Assembly (NCBI GenBank): GCA_051891335.1
Contig: JBJFFD010000048.1
Coordinates: forward strand, 1-60,493
Direction of reading: 5' to 3'
Source of the DNA: Candidatus Scatovivens sp.
GTDB lineage: Bacteria; Bacillota; Clostridia; TANB77; CAG-508
DNA: 60,493 nucleotides
Below are positions 10,027 to 21,337 of the stretch, in pieces (position 1 is the stretch's first letter; every line of letters begins with the position of its first letter). The notes under the pieces were generated by a model, which did not search any database, was not told the origin of the DNA, and worked only from the letters and a program-made list of their open reading frames with translations. Both the position numbers and the translations under genes were made by a program.

Positions 10027-11860
10027 TAACGACCACCACCTTTGCCATAATAAGCAAATTCATAAGGAAATATATCAAATTTAACTAAAATTCTATTAGA
10101 GCCTATTATAAATATTCCATAACCTCTTTTTTTACCATATAAAAAGTCTGCTTGTGATTCACTTAATTTGAATAACTCTGTTGTTTCTTCTAAATTCTTA
10201 CCATCTGTACCCATAAGTATTTTGTATGTAGCCATGTCTAATATTGCTTGTCCATACATTTTTATTGATGGATCTAAGAAATCAATAATTGAGTGAGAAA
10301 TTATTGCAAGACTTCCGTTCATACTTTCTACATCTTTTTGCTATATTACGAAGAAAGATTAAACTTTGTGGAACTTGAGTATCAATAAGTAAATATGCTT
10401 CATCACATACAAGCATTGTTCTCTCTTCTTTATCTTTACTCATCAATTCCCAGCAATATGTAAGTATATTAAAATATTGTGCTTTCTTTACTCTTTCTGA
10501 TGCATCTTGCAAATTATGAGTATCTAAACAAATACAGTTAGTTTTTGTTTTAACACTTGTATAACCATTAAATAATGCACTATCTGCTCCTATTGCTATT
10601 GTTCTAATAAGTGATTGCAATATTTCATAATCTTTCTTCTTTGTTTCTTCGTATGTAGTTGCTACTTTTTTATTTATAAGTTCATATAGGTCTGTCATTA
10701 TAGGAAAATCTATATTTTTAAAATTAGATATATCAGTATTCCAATATATATCAAAATTGCTATATAACTCTTCCAAAGTTTCTTCTAACAAAGCTATTTG
10801 AATTGTTGTAAGTTCTGGAAAAAGTAATTTAAAAAAAGTTCTTAAAGTCTGGAAATGTAATGCCATAGCACCTAAACCTTTTCCCTCATCTTTAAAAACT
10901 TTCTCTTCTTCATTTTCATCATCTAGTGGTACATCTTTTATTTGTAAAGGATTTATTATTCCACCTGCACCACTTCCAACATTTAACCAATCGCCATCTA
11001 AATTTTCTGTTAGTTCTTTATATTCTCGTTCAACATCTATCGTTATTATTTTAGTTCCTGTCATAAATTCATTTAATATTAAATGTTTAGCTACTGTTGA
11101 TTTTCCAACTCCTGCTGTTCCCATTATTACATAGTTGCTATTAGTTCGGTCGCCACCTCTTTTCCAAGAATCTAATACAACAATTCCTCCCTCTGTATCT
11201 CTTGCAAAATAATAGCCATCATTATCATTAAAACCATTACTTGCAAAGTGCATACCACCAACAAATGTTGATAAGGGTACATTTCTACTTGCAATTTTTC
11301 TTATAGTATCATCTAATATATTAAATGGTGTTATTGATTTAAAAGTGTTTTTTACTAGATTAGCCAAACTTCTTATTTTCATTTGCATACCCATAAGTTT
11401 ACTTTCTATCTTTTTACAATTCTTTTGTAACTCTTCTTCACTTTCTGCAATAACCATTATAAGTATTGTCATATATCCTACAATTTCGCCCTCTTGATCT
11501 ATTCTCCTTATAAGCTCGTGTCCATCTTCAATTTCTCGCTCTGTCCTTTGTCTTATTATTTCATCTCTTATACTATCAATATTATTTTCATTTTGCCTTA
11601 CACCTTTTGAAATATTTTGAATAAGCAATGTATTATCTGTTGGCGAAAAATTTAATGAACATATTGTGTTAGGTATATTTGTTATTTTAGATAACCACCC
11701 TGTCCTTACACTTTGAGGGTACCTAATTATAGTATATACCTTTGCATATATGTCGCCTATTCTTACTCTATTACTTTTATATTCCATTCCACCGAATAGG
11801 AGTAAGAATATTAAGTAAATTTTTATTTTCTTGTATTCCTGTCATTTCTACTTTTTTCAA
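10026..11860 (-). CDS. virB4: VirB4/TraE-family conjugation ATPase, about 610 aa, +1 shifts at CGG 11794 and 10317
   Basis: Walker A GTAGVGKS and Walker B LVCDEAY. TTG start at 11860 with AGGAGG RBS. ATT-C-GGT and GAA-C-GGA (RKYE-G-SLAIISH) join three fragments. Confidence 0.9.
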
Positions 11861-11873
11861 ATTCTTTTACCTC

Positions 11874-12485
11874 CTAACTTAATTGCAAATATGGAACTTT
11901 CTCTTCAAATTCTTTATCTTCTCTAAAAGCAAAATTTATATTAAGTGTACTATTACATAATTGTATTAACTCTTGCTCATTTAAAATATCTACTTTTATT
12001 CCACAATTTCCAAATTTATTTACTAAATCCATAGCTCTTTTTAGTAGTTCTTTCTCTGCCATATCATTATTTTTTTCAAATATAGTAATAAAGTTTTGTC
12101 TTTCTACTACCTCGCCTGTAATTGTTAATCTTAATGTTTCTCTTATATTTTGTTTTAATAAGTTTTTCTGTTTTTGAATATCTGATTTACTTAAATTTTC
12201 TCTTAACTTTTCTACCAAATCTGTAACATCTACTGGTCTTGAAATACTTAAAAACTTTAATTCTTTTAAATCACTTGCAAGTTCACTTGTTATTTCCTTA
12301 ACTTTTTGATTCAACTCTCTTTTTGAAAATAGCTGTATATTTATAGAATTAAGTTTTAATGCCATTATTATATAGTCATCTCTCGTATATATAGCATTGT
12401 TTTTTATATCTAAAATATTTATTTCTTGATTACAACTTTTTTGTTTTTCTTTCTTTTTCCACCAAAACACTACTAACACCTCCAT
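11874..12485 (-). CDS. Conjugation protein between prgI and virB4 (TraE N-terminal-like)
   Basis: 203-aa ORF; position in the operon; SINIQLFS...SRPVD pattern. Confidence 0.6.
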   Translation of the reverse strand: MEVLVVFWWKKKEKQKSCNQEINILDIKNNAIYTRDDYIIMALKLNSINIQLFSKRELNQKVKEITSELASDLKELKFLSISRPVDVTDLVEKLRENLSKSDIQKQKNLLKQNIRETLRLTITGEVVERQNFITIFEKNNDMAEKELLKRAMDLVNKFGNCGIKVDILNEQELIQLCNSTLNINFAFREDKEFEEKVPYLQLS

Positions 12486-12799
12486 TTATCAAAATATTCA
12501 TAATCATATTTCTTTTGTGATTTTGCAAAGTCAATCATATATTTTACTTGATTTACAATACACAAATTATTTTCATCTTTTGTAGTAGCAACAACTGTTG
12601 CCACTACTCCAAACATTTCTATCAATACTGGTATCAAATAATTTTTATTACCTAAATGATATACAATTATAGATATAGGAATTAGAGCAATAGCTACTAT
12701 TATCGTTGATATTAACTCTTTAACTCCATACCCTTTAAAAAATTCTAATCTCACTTTTACATTACTTGGAATATATAATTTTGCATCTTCATTTTCCAT
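12473..12799 (-). CDS. PrgI/VirB3-like membrane protein
   Basis: 108 aa, two TMs, YIPSNVK...FFKG N-terminus, upstream of virB4. Confidence 0.7.
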   Translation of the reverse strand: MENEDAKLYIPSNVKVRLEFFKGYGVKELISTIIVAIALIPISIIVYHLGNKNYLIPVLIEMFGVVATVVATTKDENNLCIVNQVKYMIDFAKSQKKYDYEYFDKWRC

Positions 12800-12822
12800 T
12801 ACATTTCCTCCTATTCTTCAGC

Positions 12823-13056
12823 TTAAAGAATATAATCGCCATAATAAAATTTGATTATATCTACCACTACAAATATCAATTCTGATATGATTAAGAATGC
12901 AACTACATTCCATATTTTCTTTTTATAGCTATTCATTGCATCTTCATCGTAAATCATTTTTATCAAACAAAATACCACTCGGCAAACTGACCCAAGTGGT
13001 ATTACTACTATTCTTAATAAACTAATAATTTCATTTAATGTCTGCATTTTTATCAC
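12823..13056 (-). CDS. Small two-TM pilin-like conjugation protein
   Basis: 77 aa with two hydrophobic helices, inside the mating-pair operon. Confidence 0.6.
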   Translation of the reverse strand: MIKMQTLNEIISLLRIVVIPLGSVCRVVFCLIKMIYDEDAMNSYKKKIWNVVAFLIISELIFVVVDIIKFYYGDYIL

Positions 13057-13915
13057 TTCACTTTCCTTAATTGTTTAATTTTTCTACTTAACTGTCCAGA
13101 AAGTTCCATTGTTTTACTTGCTGTTATGATGACATTTGATATGCCACCACCTCCACCACCTAACATAAATTCTTGTAGCATTTTAGGAGTTTTTATCGCT
13201 AATATTATCATTGCTATCGCATATATAAGTTGCCCACTAAAAACTAATAATAAAGCTAATTTACAACACAATATTTGTACTAATACTGTAAGCATACTCT
13301 TAAATAATTTACTAATATATTGAGTAAATACTCCGTCCATCTGCATTTACTAAACCAACACAAGCTAGTGGAAATCCTAATTTCAATACAAATATTTCTG
13401 CACCTCTAATTATAAATTGTACCCATAATACAAATAATAGAATTAAAGCAATAAGTGCCATTATTGCACTAAACAAACCAGCACCTGCCAAACTTGCCAT
13501 TTGTGTTGTAATGTCCATAGTTTGAGCCACATTTAAAGAATTCAACATTTCTTGTCCGAAACTTTGAACTACACTCACTAACCAATCATACAATATCGTA
13601 GATGCTAGTAGAACAACCACAGCTCTTAAAAAATATATTATAAAAGTAAGAGGTGGAGTATCTGCCTCGCCCTCTGTCCAAAGTATATATATATCAAAAC
13701 CTTTTTTTATAAATTTTAAAATGATTAGTGATAGTGCAAATGAAAATATTAACATTTTCAAATTATCTAGTGATATTACCTGAACTCCTAAAGTATGAGT
13801 TAAGGCATATTCTGCATTAAAGCAAGTGTCCATTAAACTATTAAAAGCACTATTGATAGCACCATCAACACCGCCCTATCAAATCTGTAATTAAATCTTT
13901 TAGTAAATCGGTCAT
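13053..13915 (-). CDS. VirB6/TrbL-like polytopic membrane protein, about 286 aa, +1 shifts at CGG 13873 and 13335
   Basis: ATG at 13915 just after the pilin stop. GGG-C-GGT and GGA-C-GGA join three fragments into one multi-TM protein. Confidence 0.8.
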
Positions 13916-13917
13916 TG

Positions 13918-14241
13918 TTACCTATAATAACCAATGATGATATTTATTAAACCACTTGCTATTACTACTCCTATACAAGAAATAATAGCAATTTTCATTC
14001 TATTGTCCCATCTCTTTGTGTCCATCTCATCACTAGCTGACTTTCTTAACAAATAGTACCCTACTAAACAAGCTGTTAATACTGGTGCTAGTATTAGTAG
14101 CCAGTTAGTTAAATCTTTTATCAGATTTTCTGTTCCTTTTGCTAGGTTGCTGTCTGCTACCGAAGTGGCGAAACAACAATTTGTAAATAGCATTACTGCT
14201 ACGAATATCATAATTCCCATTTTTCTTATCTTTTTTATCAT
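13918..14241 (-). CDS. VirB2/TrbC-like pilin
   Basis: Signal-like N-terminus plus two TMs; GGAGG RBS before ATG 14241. Confidence 0.7.
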   Translation of the reverse strand: MIKKIRKMGIMIFVAVMLFTNCCFATSVADSNLAKGTENLIKDLTNWLLILAPVLTACLVGYYLLRKSASDEMDTKRWDNRMKIAIISCIGVVIASGLINIIIGYYR

Positions 14242-14388
14242 ACATATTTTCCTCCAATTTCTTGATTTTTTTAGGAAAATAAATATATAATAATTAAGAT
14301 TCATTTATAGAAGGGCTCAATCTTTTTTAAATGAACTTAAAAAACTCTAACATATTTCCCAGATAAGTTAGAGTTTATTTTTATATAT

Positions 14389-16280
14389 TTATCTTCTTCC
14401 ATTAGTAAAAAGCTCCCAAATTCCCCACAATTTTATTTCTTCTAATTCTCTTTGAGGTCTTTGTTCTTCTCGTTCTTTTCTTAATTTTGTATTATGCTCT
14501 TGATTACCCATACCAAATAGTTTATTAAATTTCCATTTACTTATATCTGGTAATGTTGACATTACTGGAAACATACCTGTTGGAATTACTAAAAGATATG
14601 GTCTTTCAATTCTCATTATTTCATCTTCTGTAAGTAATGGTCTTGAAATTAAATTCATACTTTCTGAATTGCTACCATTTTGATATTTTGCATAACTATT
14701 ACTCCTACTATATGTTGATGTAGTATAAGTACCTAGTTTCTTTGAAATAATTGTAGCTGTTTCTGTACTTGCTGTTTTTAAATAAATCCAAGTTTGACAA
14801 TTATCTCGTATATTTTCTGCAACTTCTTTACCATATTTACTTTCTAATTGTGAAAACGATTGTAAAAACAAGTTAAATCTTATCTTTCTACCACCGTGCT
14901 ACTGTAAGCATATTGCTAAATGCTGGTATTGAACTAAAGTTACCAAATTCATCCAATATATAATTAACTCTTTTGAATAATTCTCCACCCCTGCTATCTG
15001 CTCTTTCAACTAATGCTACATAATTTTGATATACAAAAAGACTTGCTAATGAATAATAAGTAGTCTTTTCATCTGGAAGTATAATAAATGTTGCAACTCT
15101 TTCTTTTCCTGCATCAGTTAAGGAAAAATCACTCTTACAAGTCATTGAGTATATACTTTTATTTACAAATAATTTTAATGTTGTTAAAGCACTTGTGAAA
15201 AAACTGCTACGAGTTTTATCTGGTGCAATTTTTGCAATGCTAAAAACACTTCTTGCAGGGTGGTCATCACTTAATGCGTCTATATATCTATTTAAAGGCA
15301 TTTGATTATTACCTATTGTCTTACACATTTCTGAAATAAACATATATACATTTGTTAAATTTTGATATTCTGGATGTTCTTGATTGTCAAATACTACACT
15401 CATAATCGCTCCTGCAATTACTGACATTTCTCCATCTCTCCATATTTTCTCTGAATGACTATTTTCATCTCCTACTAAACTATTAGTTATGTCCCACGCA
15501 TACTCTTCTGCTTTTCTAAAATCCTCCTTTTTTACAGCATCTATAACTGGTTGTAAATAATTATATCTATTAGATTTCATAGGATTCTTAAAATCTAATG
15601 TTATTACTTTATACCCTTTACTAATTAAATATGGAGATGTATATTCAAACAGTTCTCCGTTTTGGATCTGACAATATCATTGATTCTCCTGCTAATGCTA
15701 AATTACCGATAGTCTGCAAAACAACACTTCTTGTTTTACCGCTTCTTGTAGCTCCAACTGTTAGTGAATGAATATTATCATCAACAAAATATATTTCTTC
15801 TGCTTTTTTATTTTTTTTATACCCTACAACTAAACCACCTTTAACAATTTCATTTTTCTCTTCCTTTTTCTTTTTCTTAAAGAGTTTTCTAATTAGGAAA
15901 TTCCTTTTTCTATCAATAGGTAATTTATTGCATTTAAAATTCTTTTCAAACTCTTTTTGCGTTTGCCATCTTGCTGTTCCGTGTTGTCCCTGCCCTATAC
16001 TTTTAGGTGTTTGAATTTTATCTGTTATACTATCTAATTCACTATAAAAGCTATTTTTATTCATAACCAACATTGCAAATATAAGCACTTCAAATAAAGT
16101 AAACATTAAAAAAAATAGTGGTAAAAATTTTTCATTTACTACTATTTTACTTAAATCATATAATGTTTTAGGAACATCAATTTTTGATAATTGTATATGT
16201 ATTATACTTGCTAATACTAAACTTATTGGAATATTACACATTGTTGCTACAATTCCTACTATAATTTTATTTTTCTTCAC
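14389..16280 (-). CDS. virD4: VirD4/TraG type IV coupling protein, about 629 aa, +1 shifts at CGG 15659 and 14896
   Basis: Walker A GATRSGKT, ILDEFGN and LQSFSQL..KYG motifs. AAA-C-GGA restores the conserved DPK-G-E; GCA-C-GGT gives LTVA-G-GRKI. Confidence 0.9.
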
Positions 16281-16600
16281 AATTCTAGTTCCTCCTCTCT
16301 GTCTAGTGATAGCATTTCTGTATATTCTTCTATTTGTTCTTGTGTTAAACTCTTAAAATCCAGTTCTTTTTGATTATTCCCTGCAATAACAAGTGTACCT
16401 CTTATTGCAAGCCCATCAATATAGCGATTTATTGGTAAATTATTAGAAAGAGCATCTGCATCATAAATAAATAAAGTATCTTTATCATATTCTATAACTT
16501 CAATATTATCATTTCCTATCAATTTTCTTAACGTTTCTAAATCATTCCATATCTTTTTTGTATATGGCTCTTTATCTTTTTCTATTATCATTACTTCCAT
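16277..16600 (-). CDS. DUF3846-like protein (start uncertain)
   Basis: NDLETLRKLIG..IE...LPINR...IRGTLVIAG...SLTQEQ pattern. Confidence 0.65.
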   Translation of the reverse strand: MEVMIIEKDKEPYTKKIWNDLETLRKLIGNDNIEVIEYDKDTLFIYDADALSNNLPINRYIDGLAIRGTLVIAGNNQKELDFKSLTQEQIEEYTEMLSLDREEELEL

Positions 16601-16632
16601 TTTCAATTCAATGCCAATTTTAATCGCCCCCC

Positions 16633-17749
16633 TTACATTTCTATCTCTTGTCCACCATAACTCATTCTTCTTGCCCATTCTTTTTTAGCATTTGTTGATA
16701 ATGAATTTATATAATCAGTAGAATTAGCTCTTATATTTTCTTGTTCCTCTAATCTACTCATAACCTCATATAAATTAAATAACAGCATTTCTGCTGTTAT
16801 CTCTTTATACTCTCTCATTAATTTAATTAAACTATTTCCAAGCATATTATAAAGTTTATCTTTTTCTGACTTTATTATTTTATCTGCTTGTTCTTTTGAA
16901 AAATAATTTGCTATTATATTTACTTTTTCAAAATAATTATTATAACTTTTCTTCATATCAAAATTACTTTCGCATAATTTATCTATTAAGTTATTTATAT
17001 CTACTTTAAGTTCACTATCTAAAAAAGCATAAGCAAGTCTTCCGTTTCTTTGGTAACAATTTTGCTATTCTTTTAAAATCTGCTATTAATTTTTTTCTAT
17101 CTTTATTTTCAATTTTTGTATAAGGTATTTTAGAATCACAATTTTCTATATTTATTGTTTTCATTTCTTCTACTAAATCTCTATTTTTTAAATCATTTTT
17201 TATAGTATCTCTTTCATTATATAGCTCTTGTAATTCTTCTTTATAAATACCTTTTGTTATAATATCTCTTATTCTGTTTTGCTGATATTCAGAGATATAA
17301 CATCTGTTTATTTTTTGATCTCTGTCCCAGAACATATAATGCAAATGTGGATTTCCCTTTTTTAAGTGTACTACTCCACAATATTCTAGTCTTGAAAATG
17401 GTATATTCATAACTTTTGCGATTTCTTGAATATTTTTCTGTATCATAGTTTCCCATTGTTTGCGATTTGTATATCCAAGTCTTAAAGCATCGTCTTCTCT
17501 TAAGGATATAATCCCCCTATAAACATTATTCTTTTCTTTTGATATAGCTTTAATATATTTAGCAACTTCTTTTTTCTGTATATCTGGCTTTAAACTGCCA
17601 TAATTATAATAACCAAATATTGAACTACCATATTCGTTAATTACTGCATTCTTTCTTGTTGCTATATAATATAAATGCTTTATATTTCCTGTTGGTGTAT
17701 CTTTTTTATTAGGAGAATATACTCTTAATTTTGAAATAACTTTTGCCAT
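16633..17749 (-). CDS. Relaxase (MobP3/MobL-like), about 371 aa, +1 shift at CGG 17044
   Basis: HLYYIATR, IISLREDDA..LGY and VHLKKGNPHLH (HUH) motifs. AAA-C-GGA gives LPKK-G-RLAY, continuous with ORF 16633-16956. Confidence 0.85.
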
Positions 17750-17751
17750 AC

Positions 17752-18126
17752 TTAACTAATCCTATTTGTAGCATATAAAACTGCTTTTCGTTCTGCATCT
17801 TCTATTATTTCATCTACATTTTCTTGACTAAATTCTTTTAGTAAGGAATATATAACATATTTACTAGCCTCTGATGATTTAATATTCTTAATCACAATTT
17901 TTACTAATCTATCTAGTGGCTGTTCGCATACTGATTCAACTTGATGTTTTATTATCTCCGATATTCTATCAATATCATCTGTTGTACTTTTTATGCCTAA
18001 TCCAATATCTATATAGTCCCTTACCAATTTTGAAATAGACTCATTTTCCTTACACATTTTGCAAAGCCTATTATATGTTTCTCTATCAACTCGGACAGAT
18101 AGCTTTATCGTGTCCTTTGTTCTCAT
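17752..18126 (-). CDS. Ribbon-helix-helix relaxosome accessory-like protein
   Basis: LSVRVDRETYNRL...SISKLVRDYI; directly upstream of the relaxase; AAGGAGG RBS. Confidence 0.6.
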   Translation of the reverse strand: MRTKDTIKLSVRVDRETYNRLCKMCKENESISKLVRDYIDIGLGIKSTTDDIDRISEIIKHQVESVCEQPLDRLVKIVIKNIKSSEASKYVIYSLLKEFSQENVDEIIEDAERKAVLYATNRIS

Positions 18127-18169
18127 TTTTACATATCGCCTCCTTATGTTCTTCTTTTTACTCTCGTAG

Positions 18170-18272
18170 AGCAAGAATAACTGTCCGACAGACAGCCCTC
18201 AACAGCTTGAAAGCAGAGCTTTCAACGAGTATGACAACTACTCAATTTGTCCTCCGTTCGTCCGACAAATTC
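18170..18272. other. Candidate oriT
   Basis: GC-richer stretch upstream of the RHH and relaxase genes with three inverted repeats (18181-18195, 18207-18225, 18244-18271). Confidence 0.45.
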
Positions 18273-19195
18273 TTATAGTGATTTTCTAGTAAAATATCAA
18301 TAAGTTCGCTAAACTCTTTATCGTTTGCGAACTTATCTTTATACTTTTTAAATATATTTTTTAATAATCTACCAGTAAACTTATCTTCTTTTTTCTTTGG
18401 CTTACCTTTTATTATTTCCATTACATTATCTCTTGTAATAGTTCCATATACAGCTCTTAATTTTTGAGCTTGTGCAGTAGTTATTTTTAAATTGTTTTCA
18501 TCAATAATATCATTTACTATTATTTGTTCTTCTGGTTTTATGTATGATAACTCAACACCAGCTCTAATTCCTATTACATCATTATTAACTTTATTCTTTA
18601 AGTCATTATTAAGCTCTGTTAATCTAATAAATCTTTGAATTTGTGTTCTACTATCATTAGATTCATCTGCTAATTTATCTAAACTTGGTAGAGTTCCCAC
18701 TGGGAACTTTTCCATGTACTCGTTGCTATTGCTGGTTTCTAAGCCATTTTCTTTACTTATTTTTTTTATCAATTCTAATCGTTTTTTATATGCTAAACCT
18801 TTTTCACAAGGCAATATGTTTTCTCTTTGTGCTAGGTTTGTTTCAATCATTATAAGTTCTGCCATATCATCATCATAGTCTTTTATAATCGTTGGTATCT
18901 CTTTAATACCTAATTCTTTACAACATCTTGTTCTATTATGCCCACTTATAATTTCATATCTGTCTTGTTTTCTTCTAATTATAATTGGAGATAAGACTCC
19001 AGAACGAGATACACTTTCTTTCAACTCTTCAAATTTACTTTGTGATATAGCCGAAAATATATGATTATTAAATTCATCTAGTAAATTAACATCTATCATT
19101 ACTATTTCTTGTTTTTTATTTATTAAATTCTTTTGTTCTTCAATTTCTTTTTGTTCTTGTTTTTCTACAAACTTATTATATAAATCTTCTTTCAT
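18242..19195 (-). CDS. ParB/RepB/Spo0J-family protein
   Basis: GVLSPIIIR...YEIISGHNRTR...ETNLAQRE motif and HTH (RTQIQRFIRL). Confidence 0.85.
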   Translation of the reverse strand: MKEDLYNKFVEKQEQKEIEEQKNLINKKQEIVMIDVNLLDEFNNHIFSAISQSKFEELKESVSRSGVLSPIIIRRKQDRYEIISGHNRTRCCKELGIKEIPTIIKDYDDDMAELIMIETNLAQRENILPCEKGLAYKKRLELIKKISKENGLETSNSNEYMEKFPVGTLPSLDKLADESNDSRTQIQRFIRLTELNNDLKNKVNNDVIGIRAGVELSYIKPEEQIIVNDIIDENNLKITTAQAQKLRAVYGTITRDNVMEIIKGKPKKKEDKFTGRLLKNIFKKYKDKFANDKEFSELIDILLENHYKNLSDERRTN

Positions 19196-19208
19196 AAGAA
19201 TTTCCTCC

Positions 19209-19649
19209 TTAAATTTCTAATTCTTCTTCAACCACTCTTTCTTTCAAAAGAGTTTCTATCTTTTCTATTTTTTCAAAACTATCTAAATTAAAAAATGGCA
19301 ATTTTATTTTGCCACTTTCATTTGAAAATTCTTGGATTACTTTTGTTTTTGTATCAAATATAAATGAATAATATGTAGCATTTTTCTTTTTCATATCTGA
19401 CATAGTTTGTAACCACACCAGCTCATCATCTTCTGATATATCTTCTTTAGCAAATAATACTATATCATTTTTCATTTTTTCTAATACATCTGGAAAATTC
19501 AAAATGCTTTTATAATATAATTCATTTTCATTACTTGCTATGTAGTTTCCCAAATAGTTTTCTTCTGCAAATGCTTTTAGAGTTTCTAAACCTTTTTCAG
19601 TTATCAATAATCTAACATTTTTCATTTTATTGTTCGTACTCCTCCTCAT
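19209..19649 (-). CDS. Hypothetical ICE protein
   Basis: ORF in the operon, ending EEELEI. Confidence 0.65.
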   Translation of the reverse strand: MRRSTNNKMKNVRLLITEKGLETLKAFAEENYLGNYIASNENELYYKSILNFPDVLEKMKNDIVLFAKEDISEDDELVWLQTMSDMKKKNATYYSFIFDTKTKVIQEFSNESGKIKLPFFNLDSFEKIEKIETLLKERVVEEELEI

Positions 19650-20154
19650 ATTCTTCTTCGTAAATACTTTCCTCCTGCTTTTCTTCTAGCTCTGTTTTAT
19701 TTGATTTTTTATTTGAATATTCGTTTATAAACTCTTTAACCTCGTTAGGAAACATTCTCTCAAAATCTTCTTTTCTTAAAGTATAATTATTTTCGTTCAA
19801 AGAAAATCCTAAATTTTGCAAATCCTTATATATGTCTTTTGTTCTACCATATATCTGATATTCTTCATCTTGATTAAGATATACTTTAATTTGTCCAGAC
19901 ATTATAATATGAGCTATATTCTCTAAACTCATTTCTCTTTGTTTTTCTTCTATTTCAAATACTTTTCTTTTTATATTGTCTGATAATTTATTAAAATTAT
20001 CTAATGACATTTCTAATTTTTTATTTTCTGGATTCCATTTTGCTCCTGCTTTTTCTAATTCATCTTTAACATCAAAAGTTTTTCCATATATTCTATATAG
20101 GCTACCAACTTTATATAGTTTAATTTCTTCATTTAAAATTTTTTCTTCTAACAT
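19627..20154 (-). CDS. Hypothetical protein with a duplicated IYGxTxDxxxxL unit
   Basis: YRIYGKTFDVKDELEKAGAKW and YQIYGRTKDIYKDLQNLG; AGGAGG RBS. Confidence 0.7.
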   Translation of the reverse strand: MLEEKILNEEIKLYKVGSLYRIYGKTFDVKDELEKAGAKWNPENKKLEMSLDNFNKLSDNIKRKVFEIEEKQREMSLENIAHIIMSGQIKVYLNQDEEYQIYGRTKDIYKDLQNLGFSLNENNYTLRKEDFERMFPNEVKEFINEYSNKKSNKTELEEKQEESIYEEEYEEEYEQ

Positions 20155-20225
20155 AAGTTACCTCCTAATAATTTTTTATTTCAAATTTTATATTCCCATT
20201 TTAACCACCTCCTAAAATTTGCATA

Positions 20226-20260
20226 AAAAAACACCTACTAGATTTTTTCTAGCAAGTGCT
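20226..20260 (-). terminator. Terminator after the serine hydrolase gene
   Basis: CAC..CTAG/CTAG..GTG stem with a T run on the minus strand. Confidence 0.55.
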
Positions 20261-20295
20261 AATTATTTTTTATTATTTATATAAATTGTAAGTTG

Positions 20296-21279
20296 TTATT
20301 CAGTAATAAATGGTTCAATATACTTTTGTATAAACTGAACTCTATCAAAGACTAATGGCTTGAATGTTGCTGTAACTGATATAACAACATTTTTATCAGT
20401 ATTAACATATATTACATTTCCACTATCTCCAATGGCTGAATATATTTTCTTTTCTTCATCTATAATCCACCATAAATAACCATATTGCATAAATGCAAAC
20501 TTTTCATCACATTTAAAATAAGGTGTAGTCATTTGTTCAATCCATTTTGAAGATACTATTTGTTTCTCATTATATATTCCTTTATTAAGACACATTTGTC
20601 CAATTTTTGCTAAATCTTCTGCTGATACACATAGTCCAAATCCTGATGTTACAATTCCTTTATTATCACAAAACCACCCGTTTTCTTTTGGTAGTTTTGA
20701 TGTTACAAAACTAATATGTTCTTCTTTATTCTTTACAATATAATTGTTTCTTTCTTTAATTCCAAGTGGCTTAAAAAGATATTTATTAGCAAATTCTAAT
20801 GTTGTCATATTACTTACCCTTGTTATTATTGTACTCAATATGTGAATACCTAATGTTGAATATTTGAACTCTCCTGTAATACCATTTCTTCCACCTAACA
20901 AGTCAAGAACTGACTTTGTCCAATCTTCACTTGTGCATACTTTTGTCCAAGGCTCTGACTTATACTTATATGGTGCTGTCATTGTAAGTAAATTATATAA
21001 AGAAACTTCTTGTATCGTTTTTTCACCTCTTTTTATAACATAATCAGGAAAAAAATCTAATACTTTTTGATTAACACTTTCTATTATTCCTTTATCAATA
21101 GCAATTCCAATAAGTATAGACATAATACTTTTTGTTACTGATGCAATATGAACATTATCATCTTGTTTATAATTATTCCAAGTATCATTATAAACTATTT
21201 CATTATTCTTCATTGCTACTATTTGACATATATTAGGTTGTTCTTCTTCTACAATATTATGCAATTCTTCTTTATTCAT
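20296..21279 (-). CDS. Serine hydrolase of the beta-lactamase/PBP-like family (cytoplasmic, cargo)
   Basis: SxxK (SVTKS), LLTMT, FKYST and YGYLWW motifs; no signal peptide. Confidence 0.85.
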   Translation of the reverse strand: MNKEELHNIVEEEQPNICQIVAMKNNEIVYNDTWNNYKQDDNVHIASVTKSIMSILIGIAIDKGIIESVNQKVLDFFPDYVIKRGEKTIQEVSLYNLLTMTAPYKYKSEPWTKVCTSEDWTKSVLDLLGGRNGITGEFKYSTLGIHILSTIITRVSNMTTLEFANKYLFKPLGIKERNNYIVKNKEEHISFVTSKLPKENGWFCDNKGIVTSGFGLCVSAEDLAKIGQMCLNKGIYNEKQIVSSKWIEQMTTPYFKCDEKFAFMQYGYLWWIIDEEKKIYSAIGDSGNVIYVNTDKNVVISVTATFKPLVFDRVQFIQKYIEPFITE

Positions 21280-21337
21280 AAAACATAACTCCCTTACAAA
21301 TTACAATTTGCATTATACCATATACTAAAAAAAATTA

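Noticed and set aside
20296-21279. Calling the serine hydrolase a beta-lactam resistance gene
   Set aside because: No signal peptide and only fold-level motifs; the family includes many esterases and amidases.
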